This document shows, in pieces, positions 34,944-47,639 of a stretch of DNA of 64,000 nt. The translations under genes and the position numbers were made by a program. Every line of letters starts with the position of its first letter. Position 1 is the stretch's first letter. A model generated the notes under the pieces. The model had not been told where the DNA came from. It made no database searches and worked only from the letters and a program-made list of their open reading frames with translations. This DNA is from Squalus acanthias. Taxonomy: Eukaryota. The stretch lies in the NCBI GenBank assembly GCA_030390025.1, contig CM059433.1, positions 15,998,001 through 16,062,000 of the forward strand, given 5' to 3'.

Positions 34944-37900
34944 CGTAATGCCCTTTAGGGAAGGAAATCTGCCGTCCTTACCTGGTCTGGCCTATATGTG
35001 ACTCCAGACCCACTACAATGTGGTTGACTCTTAACTGCCCTCTGAAATGGCCTAGCAAGTCACTCAGTTGTAACAAACCGCTATGAAACAAAAAAATAAG
35101 AAAGAAACCGGAGGAACCACCATCGACCTTGGCACCGGCTACAGACACGGCAACAGCACACCCAGCCCAGTCAACCCTGCAAAGTCCTCCTCACCAACAT
35201 ATGTGGACTTGTGCCAATATTGGGAGAGCTGTCCCACAGACTAATCAAGCAACAGCCTGTCATAGTCATACTCACAGAATCATACCTTTCAGCCAATGTC
35301 CCAAACTCCTCCATCACCATCCCTGGGTATGTCCTGTCCCACCGGCAGGACAGACCCATCAGGGGTGGTGGCACAGTGGTATACAGTCGGGAAGGAGTGG
35401 CCCTGGGAGTCCTCAACATTGACTCCGGACCCCATGAAGTCTCATGGCTTCAGGTCAAGCATGGGCAAGGAAACCTCCTGCTGATTACCACCTACCGCCC
35501 TCCCTCAGCTGATGAATCAGTACTCCTCAATGTTGAACACCACTTGGAAGAAGCACTGAGAGTAGCAAGGGCACAGAATGTACTCTGGGTGGGGGACTTC
35601 AATGTCCAACACCAAGAGTGGCTCGGTAGCACCGCTACTGACCGAGCTGGCCGAGTCCTGAAGGACATAACTGCCAGTCTGGGCCTGCGACAGGTGGTGA
35701 GAGAACCAACACATGGGAAAAACCTACTTGACCTCGTCCACACCAATCTACCTGTCGCAGATGCATCTGTCCATGACAGTATTGGTAGCAGTGACCACCG
35801 CACAGTCATTGTGGAGACAAAGTCCTGTCTTCACACTGAGAACACCCTCCATCGAGTTGTGTGGCACTACCACTGTGCTAAATGGGATAGATTCAGAATA
35901 GATCTAGCAGCTCAAAACTGGGCATCCATGAGGCGCTGTGGGTCATCAGCAGCAGCAGAATTGTATTCCACCACAATCTGCAACCTCATGGCCCGGCATA
36001 TCATTCACTCTAGCATTACCATCAATCCAGGGGACCAACCCTGGTTCAATAAGGAGTGTAGAAAAGCATGCCAGGAGCAGCACCAGGCGTACCTAAAAAT
36101 GAGGTGCCAACCTGGGGAAGCTGCAATACAGGACTACATGCATGCTAAAAAGCGGAAACAGCAGGCTATAGATAGGGCTAAGCAATCCCACAATCAACGG
36201 ATCAGATCAAAGCTCTGCAGTCCTGCCACATGCAGTCGAGAAGGAGTGGCCCTGGGAGTCCTCAACATTGACTCCGGACCCCATGAAGTCTCATGGCTTC
36301 AGGTCAAGCATGGGCAAGGAAACCTCCTGCTGATTACCACATACCGCCCTCCCTCAGCTGATGAATCAGTACTTCGCCATGTTGTACACCACTTGGAAGA
36401 AGCACTAATGGGAGGAGGAGGCTCCATGAATATCCCCATCCTTAACAATGGTGGAGCCCAGCACGTGAGTGCAAAAGACAAGCTGAAGCGTTTGCAACCA
36501 TCTTCAGCCGGAAGTGCCGAGTGGATGATCCATAGCGGCCTCCTCCTGAGGTCCCCACCATCACAGAAGCTAGGCTTCAGCCAATTTGATTCACTCCACG
36601 TGATATCAAGAAACGGCTCAGCGCTCTGGATACAGCAAAGGCTATGGGCACCGACAACATCCCGGCTGTCGCACTGAAGACTTGTGCTCCAGAACTAGCT
36701 GCGCCTCTAGCCAAGCTGTTCCAGTACAGCTACAACACTGGCATCTATCCGACAATGTGGAAAACTGCCCAGGTATGTCCTGTCCACAAAAAGCAGGAGA
36801 AATCCAACCCGGCCAATTACCACCCCATCAGTCTACTCTCAAACATCAGCAAAGTGATGGAAGGTGTCATCGACAGTGCTATCAAGTGGCACTTACTCAC
36901 TAATAATCTGCTCACTGATGCCCAGTTTGGGTTCTGCCAAGACCACTCTGCTCCCGACCTCATTACAGCCTTAGTCCAAACATGGACAAAAGAGCTGAAT
37001 TCCAGAGGTGAAGTGCCCATGACATCCATCAAGGCAGCATTTGACCAAGTGTGGCATGAAGGAGCCCGAGTAAAACTCAAGTCAATGGGAATCGGTGGAA
37101 AACTCTCCACTGGTTGGAGTCATAACTAGCACAAAGGAAGATGGTTGTGGTGATTTAAGGTCAATCATCACAGCCTCAGGACATCGCTGCATGAGTTCCT
37201 CAGGGCAGTGTCCTAGGCCCAACCATCTTCAGCTGCTTCATCAATGACCTTCCCCCAACATAAGGTCAGAAATGGGGATGCTCGCTGATGACTGCACAGT
37301 GTTCAGTGCCATTCACAACTCCTCAGATAATGAAGCAGTCCATGCCCATATGCAACAAGACCTGGACGACGATCAGGCTTGGGCCGATAAGTGGCAGGTA
37401 ACATTCGCGCCACAGAAGTGCCAGGCAATGACTATCTCCAACAAGCGAGAGTCTAACCACCTCCCCTTGACATTCAATGGCATTACCATCACCGAATCCC
37501 CCACCATCAACATCCTGGGGGGTCACCATTGACCAGAAACTTAACTGGACCAACCACATAAATACTGTGGCATCAAGAGCAGGTCAGAGGCTAGGTATTC
37601 TGCGGTGAGTGTCTCACCTCCTGACTCCCCAAAGCCTTTCTACCATCTACCTTGCACAAGTAAGGAGTGTGATGGAATACTCTTCACTTGCCTTGATGAG
37701 TGCAGCTCCAACAACACTCAAGAAGCTCGACACCATACAGGACAAAGCAGCCCGCTTGATTAGCACCCCATCCACCACCTTAAACATTCACTCCCTCCAC
37801 CACCAACATACCGTGGCTGCAGTGTGTACCATCTACAAATGCACTGCAGCAACTCGCCAAGGCTTCTTCGGCAGCACCTCCAAGTTCCCCTCCAAGTCAC

Positions 37901-38118
37901 ACACCATCCTGACTTAGAAGTACATCACCGATCCTTCATCGTCGCTGGGTCAAAATCCTGGAACTCCCTCCCTAACAGCACTGTGGGAGTACCTTCACCA
38001 CACGAACTGGAGCGGTTCAAGAAGGCGGCTCACCCCCACCTTCTCAAGGGCAACTAGGGATGGCCAATAAATGCTGGCCTTGCCAGCGACGCCTACATCC
38101 CACAAACAAATTTAAAAA
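34944..38118 (+). mobile_element. CR1/L2-clade LINE, single EN-RT ORF (decayed), Meta-like domain at the 5' end
   Basis: LTESYL, YRPP, GDFN, SDH, QFGF, PQGSVLGP, LADD; TSD AACATC (34938-34943, 38119-38124). Confidence 0.88.
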
Positions 38119-40458
38119 AACATCACCCATCTCTGCCATGCCTCAGCCCATTTGCTGCTGAATCCCTCATCCATGCCTTTGTTACCTTGAGACTCGACTA
38201 TTCCAAGGCTCTACCAGCAGGCCTCCCATCTTCCATGCACCATAAACTTGAGCTCATCCAAAACTCTACTGCCCTAACTTGCACCTATTCCCGTTCACTC
38301 ATCACCCCTCTGCTTGCTGACCTACACTGAATCTTGGTCTGGCAACGCTTCGATTTTGCTAATTCTCATCCTTGTGTTCAAATCCCTCCATGGTCCCCCC
38401 CGCCCCTCCCTATCTCTGTAACCTCCTCCAGTCCTGCAACCCTCCAAGATCTCTGACCTCCACCAATACTGGCCTCTTTCACATCCCCGACTTTCTGTGC
38501 TCCACCACTGGCGGCCGTGTCTTCAGCTACCTAAGCCCTAATCTTTGGAATTCCCTCCCTGAACCTCTCCACCTCGCGACCTCTCTTTCTTCCTTTAAGT
38601 CGTTCCTCAAAATCTATCTCATTGGTCAAATGTCCGAATGACTCCTTCTTTGGCTCAGTGTCAAATTCGGTCTGATTATGCCTCTGTGAAGTGCCTTGAG
38701 ACATTAAAGGCACTATATAAATGCATGGTGTTGTTGTATATGATGGTCTGACAATACTAGCGGCATCTACCTGGGCTTCATCTTCGATGGTTTCATCTAA
38801 AAATAAAATAGCACAGGCTGAGCATATTGGCTCTATTTTGCATATTATTATTGAAAAGTACATTCAATGGAGTACAAACAGAGCTTTTAATCTGATAATT
38901 ATTTCCACATTGAATAAATGATATTGTCATTGCACGAACCATGAGTGTTGTCTTCATTAACATCAGTAGCTTCCAGACACTGTATGACCTCCAACCCTAT
39001 AAACTCCATGATGCCCTCCTCATGGTAAGAAGTTTTATAAATTGTGTGCCGCCACCATTTCCAGCATTTCCCTCTGTCATAAAAATTAACAAACAGATGG
39101 TATCGCTTGAGATGTAGGCAGCTAAAATGGGCACAGAAATCATGATGCGTAATTAACCTGTGACCGCATGCCAACTTTGTGCTGCCTGCTCATTATACTG
39201 AATTCAGCGTGCAGCCAGCGCTAACTGCGCTGTTCATTGTCTGCACGCATCAGCAGGGGGCCCAAAATCGTACCTTGCTAGCACCAGTTAAAGCTAGCCT
39301 GCATTGCTTGAAGCCAGCCTGCACCTCTTAAAGGGGAAGGGCGTTGTGGCTGGAGCAGGTGCTGGCATTCGTTCAGGAAGTGAATCTGACCTGGGAAACA
39401 GTGAAGAATGACACAACATGGGAGGGAGCAGGCTCCAAGGTTTTTGGACGCTGCACTGGAGGCGTAGGTGCAGGTGGTGGATAGGAGGAGAGAGGTCCTC
39501 TATCCAAAGAGGCCAGGAGGCCCTCCAGACACACTCCAAAGACAATGGGAGTGGATCGCTGCGGAGATCAATGCTAGGAGTCAAGCCCCGAGGACCTGGA
39601 TGCAGTACCGCAAGAAGTTCAATGACCTCACCTGAGTGGTCAAGGTCAGTGAATGCATCTTCAAATGCCCTATCCTAACAACTGCACCACTCGCCTCAGC
39701 CACTGCTCAATTCACCGCACCCCCATCACTCATCTACCAACAATCTCTATCAATCAGGACTCATACCTAACATTCATATGCTTCACCTCACCCGCACACA
39801 CTTAGCACTGCTGCAGGCCTCACACCCACATCTCACAGCTTGCACACACTGCCAGCTACTCAACACGACAGCCACGTCACCCAAACAGATTGCACGACAG
39901 TCACTGACAAACTTCCCCCTCTCTTGCAGGACAAGGTGGCGCACAGCCGGAGGCAGCAGCAGCTAACCAGCAGGGGAACAGGCTTGCCTGCATGTCCTAA
40001 CCCCCCCCATGGAGGAGACGGTGCTGGTCATTATTGGAATGGCCATTGCTGAGGCTGTGGTGAGCTGGCGGGGCTGAAACTATAGAAGATGACGGTATCC
40101 TCATACCTAATCCTCCTTCTCGCATCCCACTTCCCGCTCATCACACAATGTCTTCTGATTTACAAGCTGCAGATGGTGTAAGCATGCGCCTCTCACTTCC
40201 CCCGCTCCCTGCACCACAACCTTACCCTTGTGCCTTTCTCCTTTCAGCTACCCAAGAACTGCTACCTGGCCAGGCAGTGGAGGAACAGCAAGAAGACAGT
40301 GATGATGAAGACACGCCATCTCTCGATTTCACACTTGCAGCCCCCAGCTCGGACACTGATACCACTGGTAATTTAGAGGATAGCATAGAGGCAGGATCTG
40401 CACGTGGTGAGACACCGGGCACGAGTGGCCTGCAGTCAAGGCAGGGGGCAAAGATATA

Positions 40459-40570
40459 AATTTCGTGGGAGGCGTTAGCGGTGCCGCGCCCGGGTGCTAG
40501 TTGCATTGCACCCCGTTAGCACGCCCTCAGGGCACTAATGGGAGGCGTAAAGCAACCGAATTTTTCCCCC
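40459..40570 (+). mobile_element. Isolated Harbinger right end
   Basis: Aligns with 4190-4300. Confidence 0.7.
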
Positions 40571-40594
40571 CTGGATTTTTTTCTTTTAAATGAA

Positions 40595-43258
40595 CTACAA
40601 ATCCAGTTTAATAACAGGTTTGCGGAGCCTTCCTGATCTCTTTATAGAAGTTTTTGGTGTTGAACCAATTTTCGGGCTGTTTTGTTCTGGTTCCAAACTC
40701 AAAGATGATCCTGTTTCTATCTCAGATTTGTTTGAACCTGATACTTCAGTTTCTGAAGTCTGAACAAAGTCAAACTCATGTATGAGTTCATGATCAAGTG
40801 GTTCACAATCATGTCTTGGTTCATCTCTAGAAGAGATCATTTGATCTACATGAACACTTCAGATGTTGTCACCAATTTCAACCAAATTTGGTTGAACAAG
40901 ACTCAATCATGTTCTCAATCTCCTCTTCATCAAGAGTTCTGCTGGAGTATATCAGTTGTAGAGGGCGGAGTAGTTCTGTACTTCAGCAAGAAATTTGCCA
41001 AATGTTGCTTCATGCTGAGTCCCGAACAACCCTGCAACACTTGCTTTTTGAGAGTTTCTTTCACTATTCTAACTGACCTTGCGGCTGCTCTGTTTGAAGC
41101 TGGATGATATGGTGGAACGAGAGTATGTTTGATACCATTACGTTTCATGAATTTTTGGAATAGAACAGAATGGAACTGAGGCCCATTGTCAGAAACAAGC
41201 TCTTCAGGTAAGCCATGACATGTAAAGGTAGACCTCAACTCATCTATGGTACGTTCAGTTGTAGTATTTGAACCCATGTGTTTCACTTCAATCCACTTTG
41301 AGTGACTATCTACAAGTACCAGGAAATAATCATTTGCTTTCTCACAGAAGTCTACATGTACTCTCTGAAAAGATCTACTTGGCCATGACCAGGATTGTAG
41401 TGGCGTTTTGGGTGGTTTGTTTCTGCAATTTTGGCAAATGCTACATTTGCTGACAAGTGATTCAAGATCACTGTCCAATCCAGGCCAGTAAACAAAACCT
41501 CTTGCAATTGATTTCATACTGACGATCCCTGAAACTGTTGGAATTTCTTGATTCCAAACTCTATGGCGAGTGCATACTTTTAAATTTGTGCGTAGTTTCT
41601 TTCACTCTTTGTGAGGGTTTGCGATGTGAATGCGATTGGTTTCTCTTGGCCATCATCCATTGCATGGCTTATGACAGCTCCCACACCGTAGCTGGAAGCT
41701 TCACATGCTAACTTAAACTCAAGCTCTGTGTCGAAGTGCACAAGTAGAGCATCGCTAGAGAGACTTCTCTTACAAACGTCGTAAGCTTCCTGTTGCGCTT
41801 TCGTCCACATCCACTGGACATCCTTTTTGAGGAGCTCATGCAATGGAGCTAACATTTTGTTGTCGCTGCTTTGCATTGCCACTAGAATGGTTTTTACTTC
41901 CTGCTTTAGGTCTAGTTCTGCAAGCTGTTGAAATATGGCCTTACTTCTGACAGTGAAAACATTTCACATTTCTGTATTGGCAGGACTGTGGTGAGTGATT
42001 TCCATTGTAGCAATAACAATTCACTGAACTGCTCTCACCGACATGCTTTTGACTTGGTCTCACAGCTTTTGGTTTGGCGGTGGCTTTATGACTGTAGACC
42101 TCAGCTGCACTAGTCACTTGAGTTGGACGGAGCTCCCTAGCATTCTTAGATGCCAGCTCCATAGATAGGGCAATTTTGCATGCTATGTCATACGTTAGGT
42201 TCGGAGTGTTCAGTAACTTGGACTGTGTGCGCTCATCCATCAGTCCACACACAAACTTAAAAATTCAGTTTAGGTGTCACAAATTCACCTTAAACTTGTC
42301 CACTCGAAGGTTGAACACTACGTTCTTCCATGATCCCTAAAAATAGCTTTGGGATCCCATCCTCATCACCAAAATATAATATACGTGGGTAAAACAAATG
42401 AGGGACAGCGACACGATGAGTTGCTAGTCCATGTGCTTGCTTTATTAGGCCAGAGCAAACTGGGCATGCTCATAACAAACCATGTGATAATATATTACAG
42501 ATATGGTCACCTGCTGTTTTTGGTTTCTGGTACCAAACCTATAGCTCTCTGCTATTTCTAGCGGCTTTGGGTCGAAATGGTCCTCAAGTTTCTCGACAAT
42601 GTCTTCAAACAACACTTTCCCTGGCACGAGTAAGTTTGTCAATGTTTCGTAAACATCTGGCTCGATCTCCGTTAAAACAATTGCTTTCTTGCATTCATGA
42701 ATTACTTTATTTTGAGCTTGAACATTCTCATCTGCACCTTCGGTCTCAATAATGTTATTGGCCTTAAATAACATCTCCATCCGTTCAATATAAGAACTGA
42801 ATGGTTTGCGAGCTCGGTCATACATGCCGAGGCTTCCGATGAATCCCATGGCACGGCCATGATTGTCCCGATCCTGTCAAACAGTGACTCAACACGCTAC
42901 CTGTGTACATGTGAGAATAAACGCCACTGTTGCTGTGTATACATTCACGTGAAGGCTAAGTTCAGATGATTCTGCATGAGCAGTAACAGTAAAACATCGC
43001 AAAAATTCAGTTTAGGTGTCACAAATTCACCTTAAACTTGTCCACTCGAAGGTTGAACACTGCGTTCTTCCATGATCCCTAAAAATAGCTTTGGGATCCC
43101 ATCCTTGTCACCAAAATATAATATACGTGGGTAGAACAAATGAGGGACAGCGACACGATGAGTTGCTAGTCCATGTGCTTGCTTTATTAGGCCAGAGCAA
43201 ACTGGGCATGCTCATAACAAACCATGTGATAATATATTACAGATATGGTCACCTGCTG
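40595..43258 (-). mobile_element. Gypsy/Ty3 LTR retrotransposon, internally deleted (partial LTR, gag, RNaseH part, integrase)
   Basis: gag CYCYNGNH / CFHCQK*GH, LACEASSYGVGAVI...ERNYAQI, integrase ARGFVYWPG, RVHVDF, LVSDNGPQF, PPYHPASN; PBS-like TGGCG after ...CAACA. Confidence 0.9.
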
Positions 43259-44259
43259 AGAGCCCTTCTCCCCCTCCTCCTCTTCCCTCTTCCAGCAGCT
43301 TGTCGTGCTTTGCGTGGTCTCGGCTCATTCTCCCAGTCATGCTGTATTCCAAGGCGAATGCCTACTAATGCACTCATATTTGGCAGCAACTGGTTTGTGC
43401 AGAAGCCTTGAAGCCAGGAAAAAGTCTTTCAGCACCTGCCACACCACTCCCTGTAGACTTTTGCAACTTGAAACAACTATAGAAACCACCAAACACTTGT
43501 AGAATCGTATCAAGTGCCAGAAGAAATCAACCAGCAACTAACCTGTAAGTAGTTGATGACCCTCTTAAATAGCGCTGGTGGGGGGTCCTTCCTGCTGCTT
43601 AACGCGTGTTCAGCTGTGCGAGGTTAAGAGAGGACGTAGGCTGGAGAGTTGAGCTCCAAAATGGCACCGTTGGCATCAATTCAGCAGTGCGCGCTGATTG
43701 GCGTCATGATATGCCTGCTCTGCATACATCCAGCAGATATTAGCTGCACGCGTGCTAACGCCCTCACCAATATGTCACCGGCCGCTATTCGTGGCAGAAG
43801 TGCATGCGGTGCGCGCATTGGATGCCATTTTGGTACCAAACAGCACCCGTAGTGCCCAAACAACGGCTGCTACCGATCCCAATTTCACGCCCGTAATTTT
43901 GCAGACGGAATGAAATGCAAAATACTCTGCTAACTGAAGATAGAAAAGTAGAGTGAGTACTTTTGTGCAGTCAGTTCTATGTGCACATAAGGATAGGAAG
44001 TGAATAATCTTTCTCAGCTAATATTAAGCAGGTCTGTATTTTCTAGACTGTTGTGTTTGTTCAGAAAGATCCTCATTACCATTTTTGTACTTCAATAATG
44101 TATATTCAGTAGAACAATAGTCCTGTGTGAACCTATTAAAAATGTGGTTGACATCAGGATCTGCCTTTATAGACATTACTATCAATATAAGGTAACTGGC
44201 TCTCATACTGATATAGCAGTTCGTCGCAATCATTAAGATAAGATAATGGCATCATTGGC

Positions 44260-45490
44260 AGCAAACTTCATGACTTTCCTTGACATTTTTCTTTAAAACA
44301 GACACCTTCATTTTGAGGACCTGGCCTCATTACCATGCTACCAGCAGGGGGCAAGTGCCAAATGGGCACCCCACTGCAGCTCGCTGGCTCCAGGCCAGTA
44401 TACCAGCCGACAAATGCCAAGTGGGCACCCCACTTCAGCTCACCAGCAGCCTTCCATCTCCCAAGCTGTGGCCACAGGGGAACCACCTCATAGAAGCACC
44501 AGAATAGTCAGACGAGCACAGAAGTCAGGCTATAGGTCTTTGCACAAGGTTGAATTTTAGTTTGGTTAGTGTAAGGACCTTGGTGAGAAGAGAGGAGGGA
44601 GTGTTGGTGCACTGGCGTGTGGAGAGGAGTGGAGGGATGATTCAAGCCAACCTCTGCTTGATGTTTTGCTGCCTCACAGCTCTGGAAGCTGGTGGGATTG
44701 CTAGCCCTTGCTCTTCGTCAGCACCTTGATCTTCCTGCTCGTGCTTCTGCACTTCTTCCTCCCCAGGTGTCTCTGAGGTTTGGCCTCTTTACAGGGCAAG
44801 GTTATGGAGGATGCATCAGACAACAACAAATTTGAAGAATGTTGGGGCTGTACTGCAGAATGCCACCAGATTGGTCCAGGTAGCAGAACCTCTGTTTCAG
44901 AAGGCCCTTGGTCTGTTTCATAGGAGCTCAGGTGGAGGCATGGCTCTAACTGTAGCACTCTTCCACATCTGTGCCTGGGTTCTTGACAGGAATAATGAGC
45001 CGGATGGTTAGGGAATATTCCTTGTCCCCAAGCAGCCATCCCCTGACCCGATGGTCTGGGTGGAGAAGAGGAGAGTATTGAGGACTGACAAGATAACGGC
45101 ATCATTACTGATAGGAAACTGGGCACAGACCTGCATAATGCGCTTCACATGGGGCACGCAAAGCAATGTGCGTTCAGTCTACAATGCCTTGGGAAGCCTG
45201 CTCTCCTGGCCCAAGCCCACAGCTCTTTTCTCTTGGTTCACTGGGGAAGGAGATGAATTGATTCCTCTTGGAGTAAAGCGCTTCTGTCACATCACCGATG
45301 GAGCACTGGACAGCAAACTGGGTGATGTGCGCTTATGCCATCTATTGCAGCCTGCAATGATCCTGTGGCATAGAAATGAAGGGCCACCATCACCTTGACA
45401 TCCTCAAGCAGTGCTGAGTGCCATCCCCAGGATTTGAGACAGGGTCCCCAGCTTAAGGCTGGGTCATTGAGGGTTTTGGGGGCCTGGATA
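44260..45490 (-). mobile_element. Highly decayed Harbinger (transposase -, Myb 3' part +)
   Basis: VKVMVALHFYATGSLQAAIDGI; gccacaggggaaccacctcatagaagc matches the Myb C-terminus at about 21370. Confidence 0.65.
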
Positions 45491-45799
45491 ATTATAATAA
45501 TCTCCATGTATATAAAAATGTGCAATGTTTACCCTATCCTTTCCTAATTCTTCCTACAGATGACATAGGTAGCCCACAAATTTAAACAAGTGAGTTTACA
45601 TATTTGTTTATTGTTCAGCCACAGTGCTGATACCATTTGCTTGATTTAAGCAACATACAGTGACTCACTCAAGTACTACGGATCAATCAAAAGAGTCATT
45701 TTATTTTACCAGAATACCTCAAGTAGTTCAAAGTTTCTGGAAATTACATTCACAGAGTGGAATCTATTTTATGATGCCAGGCGCATGCCTAAGTTGTTT

Positions 45800-46312
45800 T
45801 GATGTAGCAAACTGAACATTGCAAACAACTGAACAGCACCTCATCTTTCGTTTAGGTACCCTACAGCCCTCTGGACTCAATATCGAGTTCAACAATTTTA
45901 GATCATAACCTCAGCCCCTATCACATTTATATTTTATTTTTTCATCCATCCTTTTGTTTGGCCCCCCCTTTTTTTTCTCCCAGTAGCTGGCAGCTGTCCT
46001 TCATTCTGCCAGTGCATTTCACACTTCTTTTAGCCTCAACCTGTCACATTAACACCTCCTCTTGCCTTGATTATCTCTTAATTTCTCTCAATGTCTCTTA
46101 ATCTCTCCTTTTGTTCTTTCATCCCCTCCCTCTTTTCCCAGCTTTATCCTTGCTTTAAATCTATTTCATTTCCTGCCTTTTTCCAGTTCCGACGAAAGGT
46201 CTTCGACCTGAAACGTTAACTCTCTTTCTCTCTCCATGGATGCTGCCTGGCCTGCTGAGTTTTTCCAGCGTTTTCTGTTGTTATTTCGGATTTCCAGCAT
46301 CCGCAGTATTTT
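45800..46312 (+). mobile_element. Penelope-like element 3' end / pLTR
   Basis: GIY-YIG-side C-terminus EQHLIFRLGTLQPSGLNIEFNNFR*, pyrimidine tract, hammerhead motif. Confidence 0.85.
46185..46221 (+). ncRNA. Minimal hammerhead ribozyme motif (core variant CCGACGA)
   Basis: AGTT-CCGACGA-A-AGGTC-ttc-GACCT-GAAAC-GTT-AACT. Confidence 0.7.
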
Positions 46313-47639
46313 ACTATCGTAGAAGCATAAGAAGGATTGTTTCAGTTTTGATATAATTAAGCTATGAAGAAAGGTGAACGGAACTTATTCCGATTTTACT
46401 GAGTAAAAAAGATTAAAGGGGGTCTTGATCCAGGAGATTGTAAAGTATGAAGGGAATTGTTGGCAGGATGTAGAAAGATGGGTGGAACCAAGAAAGAACC
46501 ACCAAGGGGCATGATTATATTAAATCAGCCGCTGGCCAAAAATAATTTAAGAAATAACTTCTTTACCCTTTCAATTATTTATGGCACAATCTGCCACCTC
46601 GAAGAACTTGAATATTTTGTACCTTTCACATCCTCAGGATGTCCCAAACCGTTTCACAGCCAATGAAGTACTTTTGCAATGTGGTCACTGTTGTCATGTA
46701 GGGCAGTGGTTCTCAAACTTTTTTGGTGGAGGGACCCCTTGCCAAATCGATTAGTAATCACGGACCCCCCACCTAAATTATAATACTATATAATACTCAT
46801 AATATGAAAGTGCTGCATGTAAAGAGTGTTTTAATAATGCTTTTAAGATAACAGGTGTTTACTTACAGATATCAGTGAGATGGGTGTGTCTGCTTCTCGC
46901 ACCAATTCTGGGGACTCCGCAGAAACAGATGGTCACTTAGTGCTGGACAATTTTTAAAGCCGCCAGCGGGCTGGCCAAGGTGAGTGAGTGCACGAGCATC
47001 CATGCACATGCTGGGATGCTGTTGGAAGCCTGACACAGCGCCACAGTGTCCCACTGGCATGCTCTGTAACAGCTGCACTGAAGGATTGTACGTGTTTGCG
47101 TCAACACGTTGAGGCACGTGTTTGAAGGGCGCCCCCCACAGGCGCTCTGATCATGTGTCGGGAGGATGGCACAGGGGTCGCGGCACCAGGGAGAGGAATC
47201 AGCTAGCAGGGAGCGCTGCTCGTTGCAAAGTGAGTGAGAGCTGTGGGGCCTCTGTGAGGAGGCGGGCCCAGCCGTTGAGAATAATTCGCAAGAACTGAAT
47301 CAGTGTCGGTTTTATAAAGAGGAGCAGGCTTGAAATTATCTCTGGTCGCGGACCCCCTGGAAAGTCTCAGCAGACCCCAGTTAGAGAACAACTGATCAAA
47401 TATTTTGGCGGGTATAATATCTTTCAAGGAATTGGAAGCAAGGCAATTAATTATAAGTGAGGGCGCTTGTAATAGATTTCAAACACTTGATTTGCCCCCA
47501 CCCTCAATTTTCGCCCATCCTCATTTGAAGGCACATATTTCTGTTGAAGTTCCACAGGTGCCAACAATGCTCCAGTATCTCACCCAAACACCCATTCTTC
47601 ACATGAAAACTAAAAGGCAAGTGTATCAATAATACAATT

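Larger units (their letters stand above)
33530..38737 (+). mobile_element. L2 LINE 3' half, host of a MITE and a LINE
   Basis: [37 protein letters not shown]; tail aaggcactatataaatgca...gttgttgt. Confidence 0.88.
39129..43892 (+). mobile_element. Harbinger remnant: Myb gene (+, 39408-40460, three exons), transposase 5' end (-), interrupted by Gypsy
   Basis: REQAPRFLDAALE...RTWMQYRKKFNDL, gt/ag junctions; ends GGGCACAGAAATC / AATTTCACGCCC. Confidence 0.75.

Noticed and set aside
42259..43258. Reading the 258-bp direct repeats as the paired LTRs of a mini-retrotransposon (TRIM)
   Set aside because: The inner copy interrupts gag, lacks the LTR 3' end and PBS, and there is no TSD
38771..45738. 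Phase-compatible minus-strand micro-exon chain (about 45736-45718, 44132-44080, 38796-38771) giving TLNYLRFTQDYCSTEYTLLKYKNDETIEDEAQ
   Set aside because: No recognisable protein, and equally good AG...GT pairs occur on the plus strand (5225-5263, 19891-19927, 38977-39024, 58195-58278). Indistinguishable from chance without RNA-seq or tBLASTx.
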